64,000 bases of DNA from Burkholderiales bacterium (GCA_038250105.1 JBBSCQ010000006.1:3771-67770), one strand, 5' to 3'. Positions 22,970 to 34,191 are shown, numbered from the stretch's first letter. Numbers and translations: made by a program. The notes: generated by a model from the letters alone, not told the origin.

Positions 22970-23349
22970 AAGAAGAACGCTACGCTTCCCGGGTTCGGCA
23001 AGCACTGAACCACGGACTGAACGACATTCCACCGGCTGCCAGCCGGCGACTGGAGGCGGCTCGCCATCTCGCGCTGTCCCGGCAAAAACAGACTGCACCA
23101 GAAATGGTGCTCGCCCACGGCGGATCACGGTCACTCTCCTCACCATCCCATCTTCCCCACCTGAAACAGCTGATGGCTATTGCTGCCCTCTTATTGGGGA
23201 TGTGGATTTCATTTTATTGGCAGAGCACTCAATACGTCAGCGCCCTTGAAGAAGTGGATAGCGCCTTGCTTGCTGACGACCTCCCGCCAGAGGCTTTCAT
23301 GGATAACGATTTCTTCGAATGGTTAAAAGACGACACCTCAGAGGAGTAA
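22966..23349 (+). CDS. DUF3619 family protein (putative anti-sigma partner)
   Basis: ATGA overlap with the sigma-factor stop. One TM segment (LMAIAALLLGMWISFYW). This sigma/DUF3619/DUF3106/RDD order is conserved in betaproteobacteria (recollection). Confidence 0.7.
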   Translation: MKEERYASRVRQALNHGLNDIPPAASRRLEAARHLALSRQKQTAPEMVLAHGGSRSLSSPSHLPHLKQLMAIAALLLGMWISFYWQSTQYVSALEEVDSALLADDLPPEAFMDNDFFEWLKDDTSEE

Positions 23350-23879
23350 TCCTCTGTCTGGCGCTAATCGCAACAGCTGAAGCTGCGGATCTTCCAACAA
23401 CAGTTGTTCTTGGTACACTTCCCCAGCCAGCTTGGAACCAGTTAAGTTCGCAACAAAAGTCCATTCTCGCCCCACTCGCCAACGACTGGGAGAAGATGGA
23501 GAACGTCCGCAGGAAAAAGTGGCAGGGAATCGCTGATCGCTACCCCGGCATGAAAGCGGACGAGCAACTTCGCATGCAAGAGCGCATGCGTGAATGGGCT
23601 CGGTTAACACCCGAGCAAAGAGCAAAAGTTCGCGATAGCTACAAGGACTTCAACCAACTACCCGCCGAACAGAAGACTGCTGTAAAGCAAAAATGGGAAG
23701 CCTACTCCAGCCTACCTGCGGAAGAAAAACAACGTGTTCGTGAAGGTGGCAAGTCAGCACAATTGCTCACCCCGCCAGCACCGCCCCCTACCCCCGTAGA
23801 AAGCAAAGCGGGCGAACCGACAAGCGATTCGTTAGGCATTTCGCCCCAATCCTTACCCGCCGAGCAACCCCGACGTTGA
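23319..23879 (+). CDS. DUF3106 domain-containing secreted protein
   Basis: Signal peptide VILCLALIATAEA, then repeated W..L..EQ(R/K) helical motifs (WNQLSSQQK, WARLTPEQRAKV, FNQLPAEQK, YSSLPAEEKQRV). Confidence 0.7.
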   Translation: MVKRRHLRGVILCLALIATAEAADLPTTVVLGTLPQPAWNQLSSQQKSILAPLANDWEKMENVRRKKWQGIADRYPGMKADEQLRMQERMREWARLTPEQRAKVRDSYKDFNQLPAEQKTAVKQKWEAYSSLPAEEKQRVREGGKSAQLLTPPAPPPTPVESKAGEPTSDSLGISPQSLPAEQPRR

Positions 23880-24301
23880 GCACAGCCCCACTTCCGGGCA
23901 TTGGCCGCCGATTGACCAGTATGCTCTACGAAGGGCTGGTGGTCTTTTCCATATTGCTGATTGGTTTTCTGCTACCGCAAGTTGCCTTAGCCGGCTTCGG
24001 CATGGTGGCTAACCCCAAGTTTTTATGGCTTCACGTCTTCGTTTTGCTGATGTTTTACTTTATTTGGTGCTGGCTGAATGGCGGTCAAACACTTCCAATG
24101 AAAACCTGGAAGCTGCGTATTACCAACGTCGATGGCGCCCCGTTGCGCCCGGCGCAAGCACTATTGCGTTATTTAGCGGCATGGCCAAGTGTCATTCTGT
24201 TTGGCATAGGAATTTTTTGGGCGATTTTCGACAAAGACAAACAGTTTTTGCATGACCGTATCGCCGGCACACGCATCAGCAATACGGTAACTTCTGTGTA
24301 G
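23876..24301 (+). CDS. RDD family membrane protein
   Basis: RRLTSMLYEGLVVFSILLIGF, three TM segments and HDRIAGTRI near the C-terminus. TTG start overlaps the upstream stop. Confidence 0.75.
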   Translation: MSTAPLPGIGRRLTSMLYEGLVVFSILLIGFLLPQVALAGFGMVANPKFLWLHVFVLLMFYFIWCWLNGGQTLPMKTWKLRITNVDGAPLRPAQALLRYLAAWPSVILFGIGIFWAIFDKDKQFLHDRIAGTRISNTVTSV

Positions 24302-24341
24302 TTTTGTCACGCGGACTTTGTGACGGGCCATCCGATCAGCC

Positions 24342-25427
24342 CTATCGCCGCTCGACCCACCAGAGCATCCCGATGGCCGCACAAAGAAAAAGTGCAGAAG
24401 GTGCTGCAGCACTGGCAAAAGGTGGCCAAGCATTGATGATGCCTAGGTTGGAGAACAATCCATTCAGTGCGTAAAAAAGAATCCCCAGCATCACCCCGGC
24501 AAAAATTTTCAGACTTACACCACCAACTCGATTGTGCGAATAGCCAAACGGCAAGGCCAGGGCGACCATGACTAGCGTCGCTAACGGGTAAAGCAATTTT
24601 TTCCAGAGGGCAATTTCATAGCTCGCCGTGGTTTGACGATTTTCCGACAGGTGCTGTGTGTAATTAAGCAAGCCGAAAAGTGACATTCGCTCGGGAGTCA
24701 CCATCAAAACTGACAATAATTCGGGGTTGACCGCAGAATGCCACGCGCCGGTTTCATTGCGCTCAACTCTTGCCACGTCACCTTCAAGAATAGTTTTAAC
24801 GACCCCTTTAAGCCGCCAGCCTTCATTCATCACAAAGGCCGCTTCTTCTGCCTCAGTCACCGATTTCAGAAAATTTTCCTGATCAAAATCGTAGATACGA
24901 ATTTTTTTGAGTAGTCCGCCAGGCGTCGCTTCACGGATATTGATGAAACTTCGTCCATCCTTAACCCACAAGCCTGTTGCAAAGCCTTTTTGGGCAACAA
25001 CCTGACTCATTGCCTTAATCCGCAGATCCTGTACAACACGCTCCGAGATAGGGACCAAGGTCTCGCCGATAGTAAAAGTAAGCAATGCAAGCAGGGCGGC
25101 GACTTTGAACAGCGTCATGAGCAATTGGCTGGTCGCCAGCCCAGAGGCTCGCAACACGGTAATTTCAGAATGCCGCGCCAGCGTTGAGAGTGCGTAAAGC
25201 GCCCCAATCAGGGTAGCTATTGGCATAAGCTCATAAATCAACCCAGGCAAACCAAGTAAAACAATCACCGAGGCGTGCCAAAGTTGATAGCCATTCTTGC
25301 CAACGTCTCTCAGCTCGTTTATCAGATCAAAAAAACTGTAAATCACCAAGAAAGCAACGAGCACAAGCGCAACAGCAGCAAAGGTCTCCCGCATCAAGTA
25401 ACGTTGGTAGAGCTTTAAGCGAAACAT
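24342..25427 (-). CDS. lptG: LPS export ABC transporter permease LptG
   Basis: MFRLKLYQRYLMRETFAAVALVLVAFL YjgP/YjgQ-type N-terminus. The ATG shares one base with the lptF stop (TAATG). The 44-aa extension in the ORF track is rejected. Confidence 0.92.
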   Translation of the reverse strand: MFRLKLYQRYLMRETFAAVALVLVAFLVIYSFFDLINELRDVGKNGYQLWHASVIVLLGLPGLIYELMPIATLIGALYALSTLARHSEITVLRASGLATSQLLMTLFKVAALLALLTFTIGETLVPISERVVQDLRIKAMSQVVAQKGFATGLWVKDGRSFINIREATPGGLLKKIRIYDFDQENFLKSVTEAEEAAFVMNEGWRLKGVVKTILEGDVARVERNETGAWHSAVNPELLSVLMVTPERMSLFGLLNYTQHLSENRQTTASYEIALWKKLLYPLATLVMVALALPFGYSHNRVGGVSLKIFAGVMLGILFYALNGLFSNLGIINAWPPFASAAAPSALFLCAAIGMLWWVERR

Positions 25428-26509
25428 TAAGTGCGCTTCCTCTGCCAAGGCATACTGACCACAATGCGTCGGTAGAATAAAAAGATCAGCAGTAGCAGCA
25501 TGAATCCATGGACCACCCAGACACCGATCCAGAACGAAAGCTTGCCTTGGGCAACCCAAGCCTGGGCAACTGAAAGCAAATTGTTATAAATGGCGTATAC
25601 GAGCACGGCAATCAGCATATTGGCCGAGCGCCCGGCGCGCGGATTAACATATGAAAGCGGAATCGCCAGCAAGGCAAGGATCAATGCGGACACAGGAAGC
25701 CCAATCCGCCAAAGTAGTTCACCGCGTGCCTTGTTGCTTGTGTCAAAAATCAATTCGTGTATGGGCAGGCCCCGAGGGGAATGCTCAGTGGGCGTAGCTA
25801 CACCATCTTCAAAGCGAACCCGATAGCGCTCAAATTCCATGATCTTGAATTGAGGTGTTCCCGGTTCCACCTCATAGCGACGCCCGTGTTCAAGTACGAC
25901 AAAACGATCTCCGTTTTCGGCAACTTCCTGGTGTCCCGAGTTGGACATAACAACGCCCAATTGACCTTCTTGAATCGAAGCCAGAAAGACGTTGGCCACT
26001 TGGCTTGCATCTTCAGCCATGGCTTCAACAAAGAATACCCGCTGGCCTTTTTTAACTTCCCTAAAAACACCGGGCGATACCTGGGACAACTCACTTCGGG
26101 CCGATAATTTCTGCCGGTACTCCGCACTGCTTTGGTTAGCCCAAGGCGACAGAAAACCGGAAAGTACTGTGATCGCCAAAATAATGGGCAGCGCAAACAT
26201 CAATACAGGCCGCACCCAGTCAGTCAGGGAACGGCCGCAGGAAAACCAGACCACCATCTCGGAGTCGCGGTAGGCGCGAGATAGACTTAACAATACCGAG
26301 ACGAAAAGGGTCAGCGACAACAGGACTGGCATGAAATTCAACGCTGAGAAGCCCAACATTGAAGCCACTGCCTCAGGCGCAATGCGGCCTCCGGCGGCAT
26401 CTTTCAGCAACCGAATCAATTGACTGGAGGTCAGGATGGCCAGCAGCACGACACTGATGCCGGCAGCTGCCTGAGCAAATTCGCGTCGTGCGGCGCGCTC
26501 GAATATCAT
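25427..26509 (-). CDS. lptF: LPS export ABC transporter permease LptF
   Basis: MIFERAARREFAQAAAGISVVLLAILTSSQLIRLL; 360 aa, YjgP/YjgQ family, divergent from pepA as in E. coli. Confidence 0.92.
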   Translation of the reverse strand: MIFERAARREFAQAAAGISVVLLAILTSSQLIRLLKDAAGGRIAPEAVASMLGFSALNFMPVLLSLTLFVSVLLSLSRAYRDSEMVVWFSCGRSLTDWVRPVLMFALPIILAITVLSGFLSPWANQSSAEYRQKLSARSELSQVSPGVFREVKKGQRVFFVEAMAEDASQVANVFLASIQEGQLGVVMSNSGHQEVAENGDRFVVLEHGRRYEVEPGTPQFKIMEFERYRVRFEDGVATPTEHSPRGLPIHELIFDTSNKARGELLWRIGLPVSALILALLAIPLSYVNPRAGRSANMLIAVLVYAIYNNLLSVAQAWVAQGKLSFWIGVWVVHGFMLLLLIFLFYRRIVVSMPWQRKRT

Positions 26510-26580
26510 GCTTTGACGAAACCGAAAAAATACGAGGATAATCCCTCAAACACCGATATATCCTTGATCAGGAGCAGCCT

Positions 26581-28077
26581 GTGGAATTTAGCATAAAAAG
26601 CGGTAGCCCGGAAAAGCAGCGTAGCGCTTGTGTTGTTGCCGGCGTTTTTGAATCGAGAAAACTCACCCTCCCAGCCGAACTACTTGACAAGGCGGCTGAT
26701 GGGTATATTTCTGAGATTATCCGTCGTGGCGACATGGAGGGTAAGGCAGGAACCACCCTGTTACTCCATAAAGTACCTGGCACGCTATGCGAACGCGTTC
26801 TTCTGGTGGGATTGGGCAAAGAAAAGGATTTCCGCGAAAAAGAATTCTGCGCTGCAGTTCGCACTGCAATCAAAACCCTGAACGAAACAGGCGCTTTTGA
26901 TGCCTCATTTTTCCTGACTGAGCTTGCCGTTAAGAAACGCAGCTTGGCTTGGCGAGTTCGCCAAACGACGATCATTGCACTTGATGCCACTTACAAGTTT
27001 GATCAGTTCAAGAGCAAAAAGGATGAGGTTCGTCGTCCTTTGCGCAAGCTGACGCTTGGCGTTGAGCGCCGCAATGAACTGACGCTCTCCGATGAAGCCT
27101 TGAATCAGGGCATCGCTATTGCTGAAGGGATGGCGCTGGCCAAGACGCTGGGCAATTTGCCACCAAATATCTGCCACCCGACCTATCTGGCCGAACAGGC
27201 GCAGGCCATGGCGAAAGAGTTCAGCTTGGGTTGTGAAATTCTTGAAACGGCTGAGATGGAAACACTCGGCATGCATTCGCTGCTAGCCGTTGCGCGCGGT
27301 GCGCATCAGCCCCCCAAGCTGATTGTGCTGACTTACAAAGGCAGCAAAGCAAGCGAAAAGCCGGTGGTTCTGGTTGGCAAAGGCGTGACTTTCGACACCG
27401 GCGGCATTTCGTTGAAGCCGGCAGCTGAAATGGATGAAATGAAGTACGACATGTGTGGTGCCGCTGGCGTCCTGGGCACGATGCAGGCCGTTGCCCGCAT
27501 GCAGTTGCCGATTAATCTAATTGTGATCGTTCCCGCCACCGAAAATATGCCCGGTGGCAATGCGACGCGCCCCGGCGATATCGTCACCTCGATGTCGGGT
27601 CAAACGATTGAAATTCTCAACACCGACGCCGAAGGCCGGCTGATTCTGTGCGATGCACTGACCTACGCCGAGCGCTTTGAACCGGATACGGTGATTGACG
27701 TTGCAACACTCACCGGTGCTTGCGTCGTCGCCCTCGGCGGTGTGGCCAGCGGCCTGTTTGCCAACAAGGATAGCTTGGCGCGCGATCTGCTCGACGCCGG
27801 TGACGAAGCACATGACCGCGCCTGGCACATGCCACTTTGGGATGACTACCAAGAACTGTTGAAGAGCCCATTCGCCGACATGGGAAATATCGGTGGTCGT
27901 TGGGGTGGTGCCATTACAGCAGCCTGTTTCCTGTCACGCTTCACCAAGAAATACGATTGGGCGCATCTAGATATTGCCGGCACCGCCTGGAAGTCGGGTG
28001 CCGACAAAGGTGCCACCGGCCGGCCAGTCCCGCTGCTGACGCATTACCTGATGCAGCGCGCTGGAAAACTGAGTTGA
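26581..28077 (+). CDS. pepA: leucyl aminopeptidase (M17)
   Basis: VGKGVTFDTGGISLKP, NTDAEGRLILCDALTYA; 498 aa, GTG start. Confidence 0.96.
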   Translation: MEFSIKSGSPEKQRSACVVAGVFESRKLTLPAELLDKAADGYISEIIRRGDMEGKAGTTLLLHKVPGTLCERVLLVGLGKEKDFREKEFCAAVRTAIKTLNETGAFDASFFLTELAVKKRSLAWRVRQTTIIALDATYKFDQFKSKKDEVRRPLRKLTLGVERRNELTLSDEALNQGIAIAEGMALAKTLGNLPPNICHPTYLAEQAQAMAKEFSLGCEILETAEMETLGMHSLLAVARGAHQPPKLIVLTYKGSKASEKPVVLVGKGVTFDTGGISLKPAAEMDEMKYDMCGAAGVLGTMQAVARMQLPINLIVIVPATENMPGGNATRPGDIVTSMSGQTIEILNTDAEGRLILCDALTYAERFEPDTVIDVATLTGACVVALGGVASGLFANKDSLARDLLDAGDEAHDRAWHMPLWDDYQELLKSPFADMGNIGGRWGGAITAACFLSRFTKKYDWAHLDIAGTAWKSGADKGATGRPVPLLTHYLMQRAGKLS

Positions 28078-28496
28078 CCCAGGTTTTCTTTTACCACGGG
28101 GCGGCAGACAGGATTGCTGCCGCCTGTGCGCTGCTCGCCGGAGCCTATGCCAAGAAAAAACCGATGCTGGTTTTCGCCTCGGAAAAAGAGGTCGCTAACA
28201 GCGTCGACCGCATGCTTTGGACCCACCCGGCGCTGAGTTTTGTCCCACATTGCCCAGGTCACTCGCCGCTCGCCGCGGAGACGCCCATCGTCATTACCGA
28301 CAATTTGGAAACCCCGCCGCAGGATGAGCGCCTGATGAATTTGAGTCGGGAAATCCCGCCCGGTTTTGCTCGCTTTCAAAGCCTGATCGAAGTAGTCGGC
28401 CAGGAAGAAGGCGACCGCGCCGCCGCCCGTGACCGCGTCAAATTTTATAAAGATCGTGGTTATGAAGTGCGCTACTTCGACCTCAGCGAGCGTTAA
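28074..28496 (+). CDS. holC: DNA polymerase III chi subunit
   Basis: TQVFFYHG...DRMLWT...FVPH chi-subunit pattern, about 140 aa. TTG start overlaps the pepA stop. Conserved pepA-holC-valS order. Confidence 0.85.
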   Translation: MTQVFFYHGAADRIAAACALLAGAYAKKKPMLVFASEKEVANSVDRMLWTHPALSFVPHCPGHSPLAAETPIVITDNLETPPQDERLMNLSREIPPGFARFQSLIEVVGQEEGDRAAARDRVKFYKDRGYEVRYFDLSER

Positions 28497-28505
28497 GGAA
28501 AAAAC

Positions 28506-28922
28506 GTGCCCAGTCCCATCCTCGCTCGTGCCGATGCACTCATGCAGCGCCGCCGACAGAATGCCGAACTTGATGACCTGCCGGTACTGACCGACGCGAT
28601 TGATCCGGATGATGACGTGCCGGTGTTATTCGATGCCGAGTCGCCGAGCCCGGTTGCAGAACTCGAGCCGCCGTTTGAGCAGGCTACCAAGGCCGTTAGC
28701 GAAGCCGTTTTCGAGCCAGTTATCGAAGCGCCACCCGTGCTGGCAGAGGAGCAAACGCCGTCTAGACATTTTGATGCAGGCATACGCGACATCCTTGCGC
28801 ACGAACTAGCTCGTCGTGTTGAACACCGTATCATTGCTGAACTTCCCCGCATTATCGAATCGACCGTCCGTGACTTTCTGGCTGAACAACAAATGATTTC
28901 AGCGCTGCAGCCGGACGACTGA
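28506..28922 (+). CDS. hypothetical acidic protein
   Basis: 138-aa ORF with a GTG start, rich in D/E/P, wedged between holC and valS. Coding-like periodicity, but I recognise no family. Confidence 0.5.
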   Translation: MPSPILARADALMQRRRQNAELDDLPVLTDAIDPDDDVPVLFDAESPSPVAELEPPFEQATKAVSEAVFEPVIEAPPVLAEEQTPSRHFDAGIRDILAHELARRVEHRIIAELPRIIESTVRDFLAEQQMISALQPDD

Positions 28923-29035
28923 AACCAAAAGACGCTGCAGCTCATCGGAGCAGGCAACTGCAGCAGCGCGAATGAGCGCCGGGCGTGGGGCTTGAAGCCG
29001 GTATAATCGACGGTTTTCCGTTTTAGCCCAAGCCC

Positions 29036-31867
29036 ATGGAACTCGCCAAAGCCTTTGAACCAGCCGACATTGAGCGCCGCTGGTACCCCGAGTGGGAAAC
29101 GCAAAATTACTTCGCTGCCGGCGTTGACCGCAGCAAAGCCCCTGAAGACAACTTCTGTATCCTGCTGCCGCCGCCCAATGTGACCGGCACGCTGCACATG
29201 GGCCACGGTTTCAACCAAACATTGATGGATGCGCTGACCCGTTATTACCGGATGCGCGGCCACAACACCCTGTGGCAACCGGGCACCGACCACGCCGGTA
29301 TTGCCACCCAGATCGTCGTTGAGCGCCAGCTCGACGCCCAAGGCATCTCCCGCCACGATCTCGGCCGCGAGAAATTCCTGGAAAAAGTCTGGGAATGGAA
29401 AGAATACTCCGGCGGCACGATCACCCGCCAGATGCGTCGCATGGGCACCAGCCCGGACTGGAAGCGTGAGCGCTTCACGATGGACGCCGGCCTCAACAAG
29501 ATCGTCACCGAAAGCTTTGTTCGCTTGTTCAACGAAGGCCTGATCTATCGCGGCAAACGTTTGGTCAACTGGGATCCGATGCTGAATACCGCCGTTTCCG
29601 ACCTCGAAGTCGTGCAGGAGGAAGAAGACGGCTTCATGTGGCATATTCGCTACGCGCTTTCTGACGGTTCTGACGCCTTGACCGTAGCCACCACCCGTCC
29701 GGAAACCATGCTCGGCGACACCGCCTTGATGGTGCACCCGGAAGACGAGCGTTACAAACACATGATCGGCAAGATGGCAAAACTGCCACTGACCGATCGC
29801 GAAATCCCGGTGATTGCCGACAGCTACGTCGATCCTGCCTTCGGCACTGGCTGCGTCAAGGTGACGCCAGCGCATGACTTCAACGACTACGCCGTTGGTC
29901 AGCGCCATAGCCTGCCGATGATCTCGATCCTGACGCTGGATGCGAAGATCAACGAAAACGCCCCGGAGAAATATCGCGGCCTCGACCGCTTTGAAGCGCG
30001 TAAGGTCATCGTTGCCGACCTCGACGCTCTCGGCATTCTGGTCAAGACCGACAAGCACAAGCTGAAAGTACCGCGTGGCGACCGGACCAATGTCGTCATC
30101 GAGCCGATGCTCACCGACCAATGGTTCGTCGCCATGTCCAAGCCCGGTGCTGATGGCAAGTCGATCACCGAAAAGGCCTTGGACGTCGTCCATTCCGGCG
30201 AAATCAAGTTCTACCCGGAAAACTGGGTCAACACCTATAACCAGTGGCTGAACAACATCCAGGACTGGTGTATTTCCCGCCAGTTGTGGTGGGGCCATCA
30301 GATTCCGGCTTGGTATGGCGATAACGGCGAAATTTTTGTCGCCCAGAACGAAGAAGCCGCCCGCGCCGAAGCCACTAAGGCCGGCTACAACGGCCCGTTG
30401 AAGCGTGACGAGGACGTTCTCGATACCTGGTACTCCTCTGCCCTGTGGCCGTTCTCGACGCTGGACTGGACCGGTGACGAGGCGATTGATACGGTGAACC
30501 CGCTTTTGCAGCAATATTTGCCCTCCTCGGTGCTGGTCACCGGCTTCGACATTATCTTCTTCTGGGTGGCGCGGATGGTGATGATGACCAAGCACATCAC
30601 CGGCAAGATTCCGTTCAAACATGTTTATGTGCATGGCCTGATCCGCGACGGCGAAGGTCAGAAGATGTCGAAATCGAAGGGCAATGTCCTTGACCCGATT
30701 GACCTGATCGACGGCATCGGCCTTGAAGCGCTGATCGAAAAACGCACCACCGGCCTGATGAACCCGAAGCAGGCCGAGAGCATTGCCAAGAAGACGAAGA
30801 AGGAATTCCCGGAAGGCATCCCGGCTTTCGGCACAGATGCCCTGCGCTTCACCTTCGCCAGCCTCGCCTCTCCCGGCCGCGACATCAAGTTCGACCTGAA
30901 TCGCTGCGACGGCTACCGCAATTTCTGCAACAAGCTGTGGAATGCGACGCGCTTTGTGTTGATGAACGTTGAAGGCCACGACCTGGCCTTGGAACACCAG
31001 CAAAATGGCCCGGCCTGCGGCGGCTCCGCGCCGCTGGAGTTTTCGTTTGCAGATCGCTGGATCGTCAGCCAGTTGCAACGGGTTGAAATGGAAGTCGAAC
31101 AGCACTTCACCGACTACCGTTTCGACTTGGTCGCCCAGGCCATCTACAAATTCATCTGGGACGAGTTCTGTGACTGGTATCTGGAAATCGCCAAAGTTGA
31201 AATTCAGACCGGCAACGATGCCCAGCAACGCGGCGCCCGCCGAACGCTGGTGCGCACGCTGGAAGCCATCCTGCGCCTGGCCCATCCGCTCATCCCCTTC
31301 ATCACCGAAGAGCTATGGCAGACGGTGGCACCGATTGCCGGCCGCAAAACACACGACTCGATCATGCTCGCCGCCTACCCACGCGCCGAGGAGTTCAAGA
31401 TCGATGCCGCCTCCGAAGCTAAGGTTGAACGCCTGAAGGCCTTGGCCTACGCCTGCCGTAACTTGCGCGGCGAGATGAATGTCTCACCGGCACTGCGCAT
31501 GCCCTTGCTGGTTGCTGGCGGCGGTGCCGACATTGCCGAGTTCGCCCCCATCCTGCAAGCGCTCGGCAAGCTTTCCGAAGTGCAGATCGTCGATGAAATG
31601 CCGGCTGATGAAATGTCACCAGTCGCCGTGGTGGGCGAAACTCGTCTGATGCTCAAGGTTGAAATTGACCCGGCTGCAGAGCGCGAACGCCTCGCCAAGG
31701 AAATCGAAAAGCTGGAAAAGTTGATCTCTATCGCTCAGGGCAAGCTCTCTAACGAAGGCTTTGTCGCCCGCGCCCCGGCGGCAGTAGTCGAGCAGGAAAA
31801 ACAACGGGTCGCCGACTTCAGCGCGACACTGGAAAAACTTAAACCCCAACTAGCCAAACTCGGCTAA
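29036..31867 (+). CDS. valS: valine--tRNA ligase
   Basis: HIGH region [18 protein letters not shown] as KMSKSKGN, and a C-terminal coiled coil; 943 aa. Confidence 0.98.
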   Translation: MELAKAFEPADIERRWYPEWETQNYFAAGVDRSKAPEDNFCILLPPPNVTGTLHMGHGFNQTLMDALTRYYRMRGHNTLWQPGTDHAGIATQIVVERQLDAQGISRHDLGREKFLEKVWEWKEYSGGTITRQMRRMGTSPDWKRERFTMDAGLNKIVTESFVRLFNEGLIYRGKRLVNWDPMLNTAVSDLEVVQEEEDGFMWHIRYALSDGSDALTVATTRPETMLGDTALMVHPEDERYKHMIGKMAKLPLTDREIPVIADSYVDPAFGTGCVKVTPAHDFNDYAVGQRHSLPMISILTLDAKINENAPEKYRGLDRFEARKVIVADLDALGILVKTDKHKLKVPRGDRTNVVIEPMLTDQWFVAMSKPGADGKSITEKALDVVHSGEIKFYPENWVNTYNQWLNNIQDWCISRQLWWGHQIPAWYGDNGEIFVAQNEEAARAEATKAGYNGPLKRDEDVLDTWYSSALWPFSTLDWTGDEAIDTVNPLLQQYLPSSVLVTGFDIIFFWVARMVMMTKHITGKIPFKHVYVHGLIRDGEGQKMSKSKGNVLDPIDLIDGIGLEALIEKRTTGLMNPKQAESIAKKTKKEFPEGIPAFGTDALRFTFASLASPGRDIKFDLNRCDGYRNFCNKLWNATRFVLMNVEGHDLALEHQQNGPACGGSAPLEFSFADRWIVSQLQRVEMEVEQHFTDYRFDLVAQAIYKFIWDEFCDWYLEIAKVEIQTGNDAQQRGARRTLVRTLEAILRLAHPLIPFITEELWQTVAPIAGRKTHDSIMLAAYPRAEEFKIDAASEAKVERLKALAYACRNLRGEMNVSPALRMPLLVAGGGADIAEFAPILQALGKLSEVQIVDEMPADEMSPVAVVGETRLMLKVEIDPAAERERLAKEIEKLEKLISIAQGKLSNEGFVARAPAAVVEQEKQRVADFSATLEKLKPQLAKLG

Positions 31868-31880
31868 AGGAAATAAATAA

Positions 31881-32357
31881 ATGGCACTCGACAAACGCGG
31901 CATGCTGGCCCAAATTTTTATCGCCATGATGATTTTCTGTGGTTTGGTCTGGGCTTGGACTGTCGCCTTCATCATCACTTGGCCGTGGGAAAAAACTGAC
32001 GTCTGGAAACCGGAATTCCGCGTTGCCGCCGTCTGCAAGGATGGCGAAGTCTGCGGCATTCTTTATTCACAACTGGAAGAAGCCAAGAGCAAGGGCCTTT
32101 ACAGCACCCTGGTCATTCCGACTGATGCCGGCGACGTGATGGAAGAAATGAACTGGTTGAAATGGAAGAAGACTGGCGACATTATTGAAGTCAAAGCTTC
32201 TTCCTGGCATTTCCAGACTACGCTGCGCTATACAGTTGAAGGCGAAAAGCCGGTTCTGGTTGAGTATCAGGACGTTGGCGCCAAGGCGCTATATTTCGGC
32301 ATGGCGGCTGGGCTCTTCTCACTGATCGGGATTTACCTGCGCAAATTGCGTAACTGA
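31881..32357 (+). CDS. hypothetical membrane-anchored protein
   Basis: 158 aa with an N-terminal TM (IFIAMMIFCGLVWAWTVAFII) and a C-terminal TM (FGMAAGLFSLIGIYL). Followed by a strong terminator. No family recognised. Confidence 0.55.
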   Translation: MALDKRGMLAQIFIAMMIFCGLVWAWTVAFIITWPWEKTDVWKPEFRVAAVCKDGEVCGILYSQLEEAKSKGLYSTLVIPTDAGDVMEEMNWLKWKKTGDIIEVKASSWHFQTTLRYTVEGEKPVLVEYQDVGAKALYFGMAAGLFSLIGIYLRKLRN

Positions 32358-32371
32358 TCTCCAGGAAAAAT

Positions 32372-32383
32372 ACTGCGGTCGAC
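32372..32383 (+). repeat. intergenic copy of the over-represented word (ACTGCGGTCGAC variant)
   Basis: Lies 15 nt after the stop at 32357 and immediately 5' of the terminator hairpin. See finding 1. Confidence 0.65.
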
Positions 32384-32416
32384 GGCCTGAAAAGAAAATT
32401 TTCAGGCCGTTTTTTC
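32384..32416 (+). terminator. rho-independent terminator
   Basis: GGCCTGAAAA-GAAAA-TTTTCAGGCC (10-bp stem) followed by GTTTTTT. Confidence 0.9.
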
Positions 32417-32430
32417 GTCAGATATGCCGC

Positions 32431-34191
32431 TTAGCGGCCATTTTCTGCAACTGCCTGCAACTCAACCCAAATCAAACCGCGTAGCGCATTACCCAGCCAG
32501 AAACCGGATTGCAGATCATTCGGCAGCAACACCGCCTCCCTGGCACGCCCGCTCGCCAGCAATTCAGCACGCAAGACACCGGGCAGGCAACCACTCACCA
32601 GCGGTGGCGTCAGCAGCAAGCCATCGCGTTCGACAAAAACATTGCTGCGTGCGCCTTCGGCCACCTCGCCCCGCTCATTCAGAAACAGGACATCGAAAAA
32701 CGATGCATCTGCCGGCAGGCGTTGCAGCGCCACATCGTAAAGTTGGCGTTCGGTTGTTTTGTGACGGCGCAGTGGGTCAGAAGCATCGATCCGTTGCTCG
32801 GCCCATTGGGCGTAACGCGGGCCAATCGGCTCCTCCGGCAAGGCAAATGTCTGCACGTCTAGCTCGCCGGATTTACCAAGCGTCAGCCTGACCCGCCAGT
32901 TACCTTGCTGCGGTTGCGCCGCCAGAAGTTGCACCACAGCTGCCTCATCCAGCGCAAAGCCCATCCACGCGGCGGAACGGCGCAAGCGCGCCAGATGCCC
33001 AGCCAGGCGCGGATATTCAACATTTTCCCGACGCAGGGTTTCAATCAACTTAAGCCCGGGATCGCAATCGCGTAAAAACCGGGCCTTGAGCAAACACTCC
33101 TGCCACTCTGCCGCCGGTTGTGAATCGGCGACAATCCCGCTGCCCACGCCCAACTGACCAATCCCGCCGGCCTGTAGCGTTAGCGTGCGAATCGCCACAT
33201 TCAGGCGAAAATCACCATTTGGCGACAACCAGCCGAGCGCGCCGGTATATAGCCCGCGCGGCGTATTTTCCAGTTCTGTCGCAATCTGCATGGCGCGAAT
33301 TTTTGGCGCCCCGGTAATTGAGCCGCAAGGGAAAAGCGCCGGCAAAATATCAGCCAGATTGCGCTCGCCCACTTTGGCTGACACCGCCGACACCATCTGC
33401 CAAAGGCTGGGATATTCCTCAATATCGAATAGCCGATCAACCACGACGCTGCCTTTTTCAGCAATTCGCCCGAGGTCATTGCGGAGCAAATCGACGATCA
33501 TCAGATTCTCGGCTCTATCCTTCTCAGAGGCACGGAGTTCCTCCGGCGGCGAGTTTCGCGGCGCTGTGCCTTTCATCGGCCGGGTAAAAAGTTGATCCCC
33601 CCGCCCTTCGAGAAACAGTTCTGGTGACAGGGAAACGATACCCTGTTGCGCATCACCGACAAAACCGCCATAGCGCACTGGTTGGCACGGCCGCAGGCGG
33701 GCATAAATATCTAGTGGCCGGCCGAACCACTGAAACGACAGGGGAAAGGTCAAATTGACCTGATAGCAATCGCCTTCGAAAATCAGGTGTTTTATCCGGT
33801 CGACCGCAGCACAATGTTCTTTTTCGGAAATAAGTGGCTGTAAGCCGCCAACCCCTGCTGCTGCCGGACTGACCTGCTGCGCCAGCCACGCCTCAGCCTG
33901 TTCTGCCGTAAGTGGCTGACAAGCAGCAAAGCGCCAGAATTTGGCCAGTGGCCTCGATTCCGCCGGCAACCAGTGCGTTGGCGCCGCCTTCGGCTCGAAC
34001 AGGTAGCCAAGCTCATAGTCCAGCGCGGCAACCGCCCAGCCGGGCTTTAGTTCGAGAAGGCCAAGGGCCGCGTCCAGCGTGGTCTTATCCCAAGCAACCA
34101 GACAATCGATCAGCCCAGAAAAAAGCCAAGCGGCGGGTTCGCCATCGGGCGCCCGCCGGTCTTCAAGGAATGCGTAAAACGTGGGGTTTAT
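32431..34191 (-). CDS. pabB: bifunctional aminodeoxychorismate synthase component I / aminodeoxychorismate lyase (PabB-PabC fusion)
   Basis: Chorismate-binding core SPELFL...RPMKGTAPR...PCGSITGAPKIRAM...GVGSGIVADS, then an aminotransferase-IV-like PabC part (RRHKTTERQLYD...NERGEVAEGARSNVF). The frame stays open and PabB-like (FYAFLED...ALDYELGY) up to 34191, above the TTG (33969) used in the ORF track. The proposed start is non-canonical (see findings). Confidence 0.85.
   Translation of the reverse strand: MNPTFYAFLEDRRAPDGEPAAWLFSGLIDCLVAWDKTTLDAALGLLELKPGWAVAALDYELGYLFEPKAAPTHWLPAESRPLAKFWRFAACQPLTAEQAEAWLAQQVSPAAAGVGGLQPLISEKEHCAAVDRIKHLIFEGDCYQVNLTFPLSFQWFGRPLDIYARLRPCQPVRYGGFVGDAQQGIVSLSPELFLEGRGDQLFTRPMKGTAPRNSPPEELRASEKDRAENLMIVDLLRNDLGRIAEKGSVVVDRLFDIEEYPSLWQMVSAVSAKVGERNLADILPALFPCGSITGAPKIRAMQIATELENTPRGLYTGALGWLSPNGDFRLNVAIRTLTLQAGGIGQLGVGSGIVADSQPAAEWQECLLKARFLRDCDPGLKLIETLRRENVEYPRLAGHLARLRRSAAWMGFALDEAAVVQLLAAQPQQGNWRVRLTLGKSGELDVQTFALPEEPIGPRYAQWAEQRIDASDPLRRHKTTERQLYDVALQRLPADASFFDVLFLNERGEVAEGARSNVFVERDGLLLTPPLVSGCLPGVLRAELLASGRAREAVLLPNDLQSGFWLGNALRGLIWVELQAVAENGR

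Noticed and set aside
28493-31285. 930-aa minus-strand ORF, the longest 'gene' on that strand here
   Set aside because: It is the antisense shadow of valS, which has unmistakable HIGH/KMSKS motifs on the + strand. Its product is Gly/Ala/Val/Arg-rich low-information sequence, typical of stop-poor antisense frames in GC-rich DNA.
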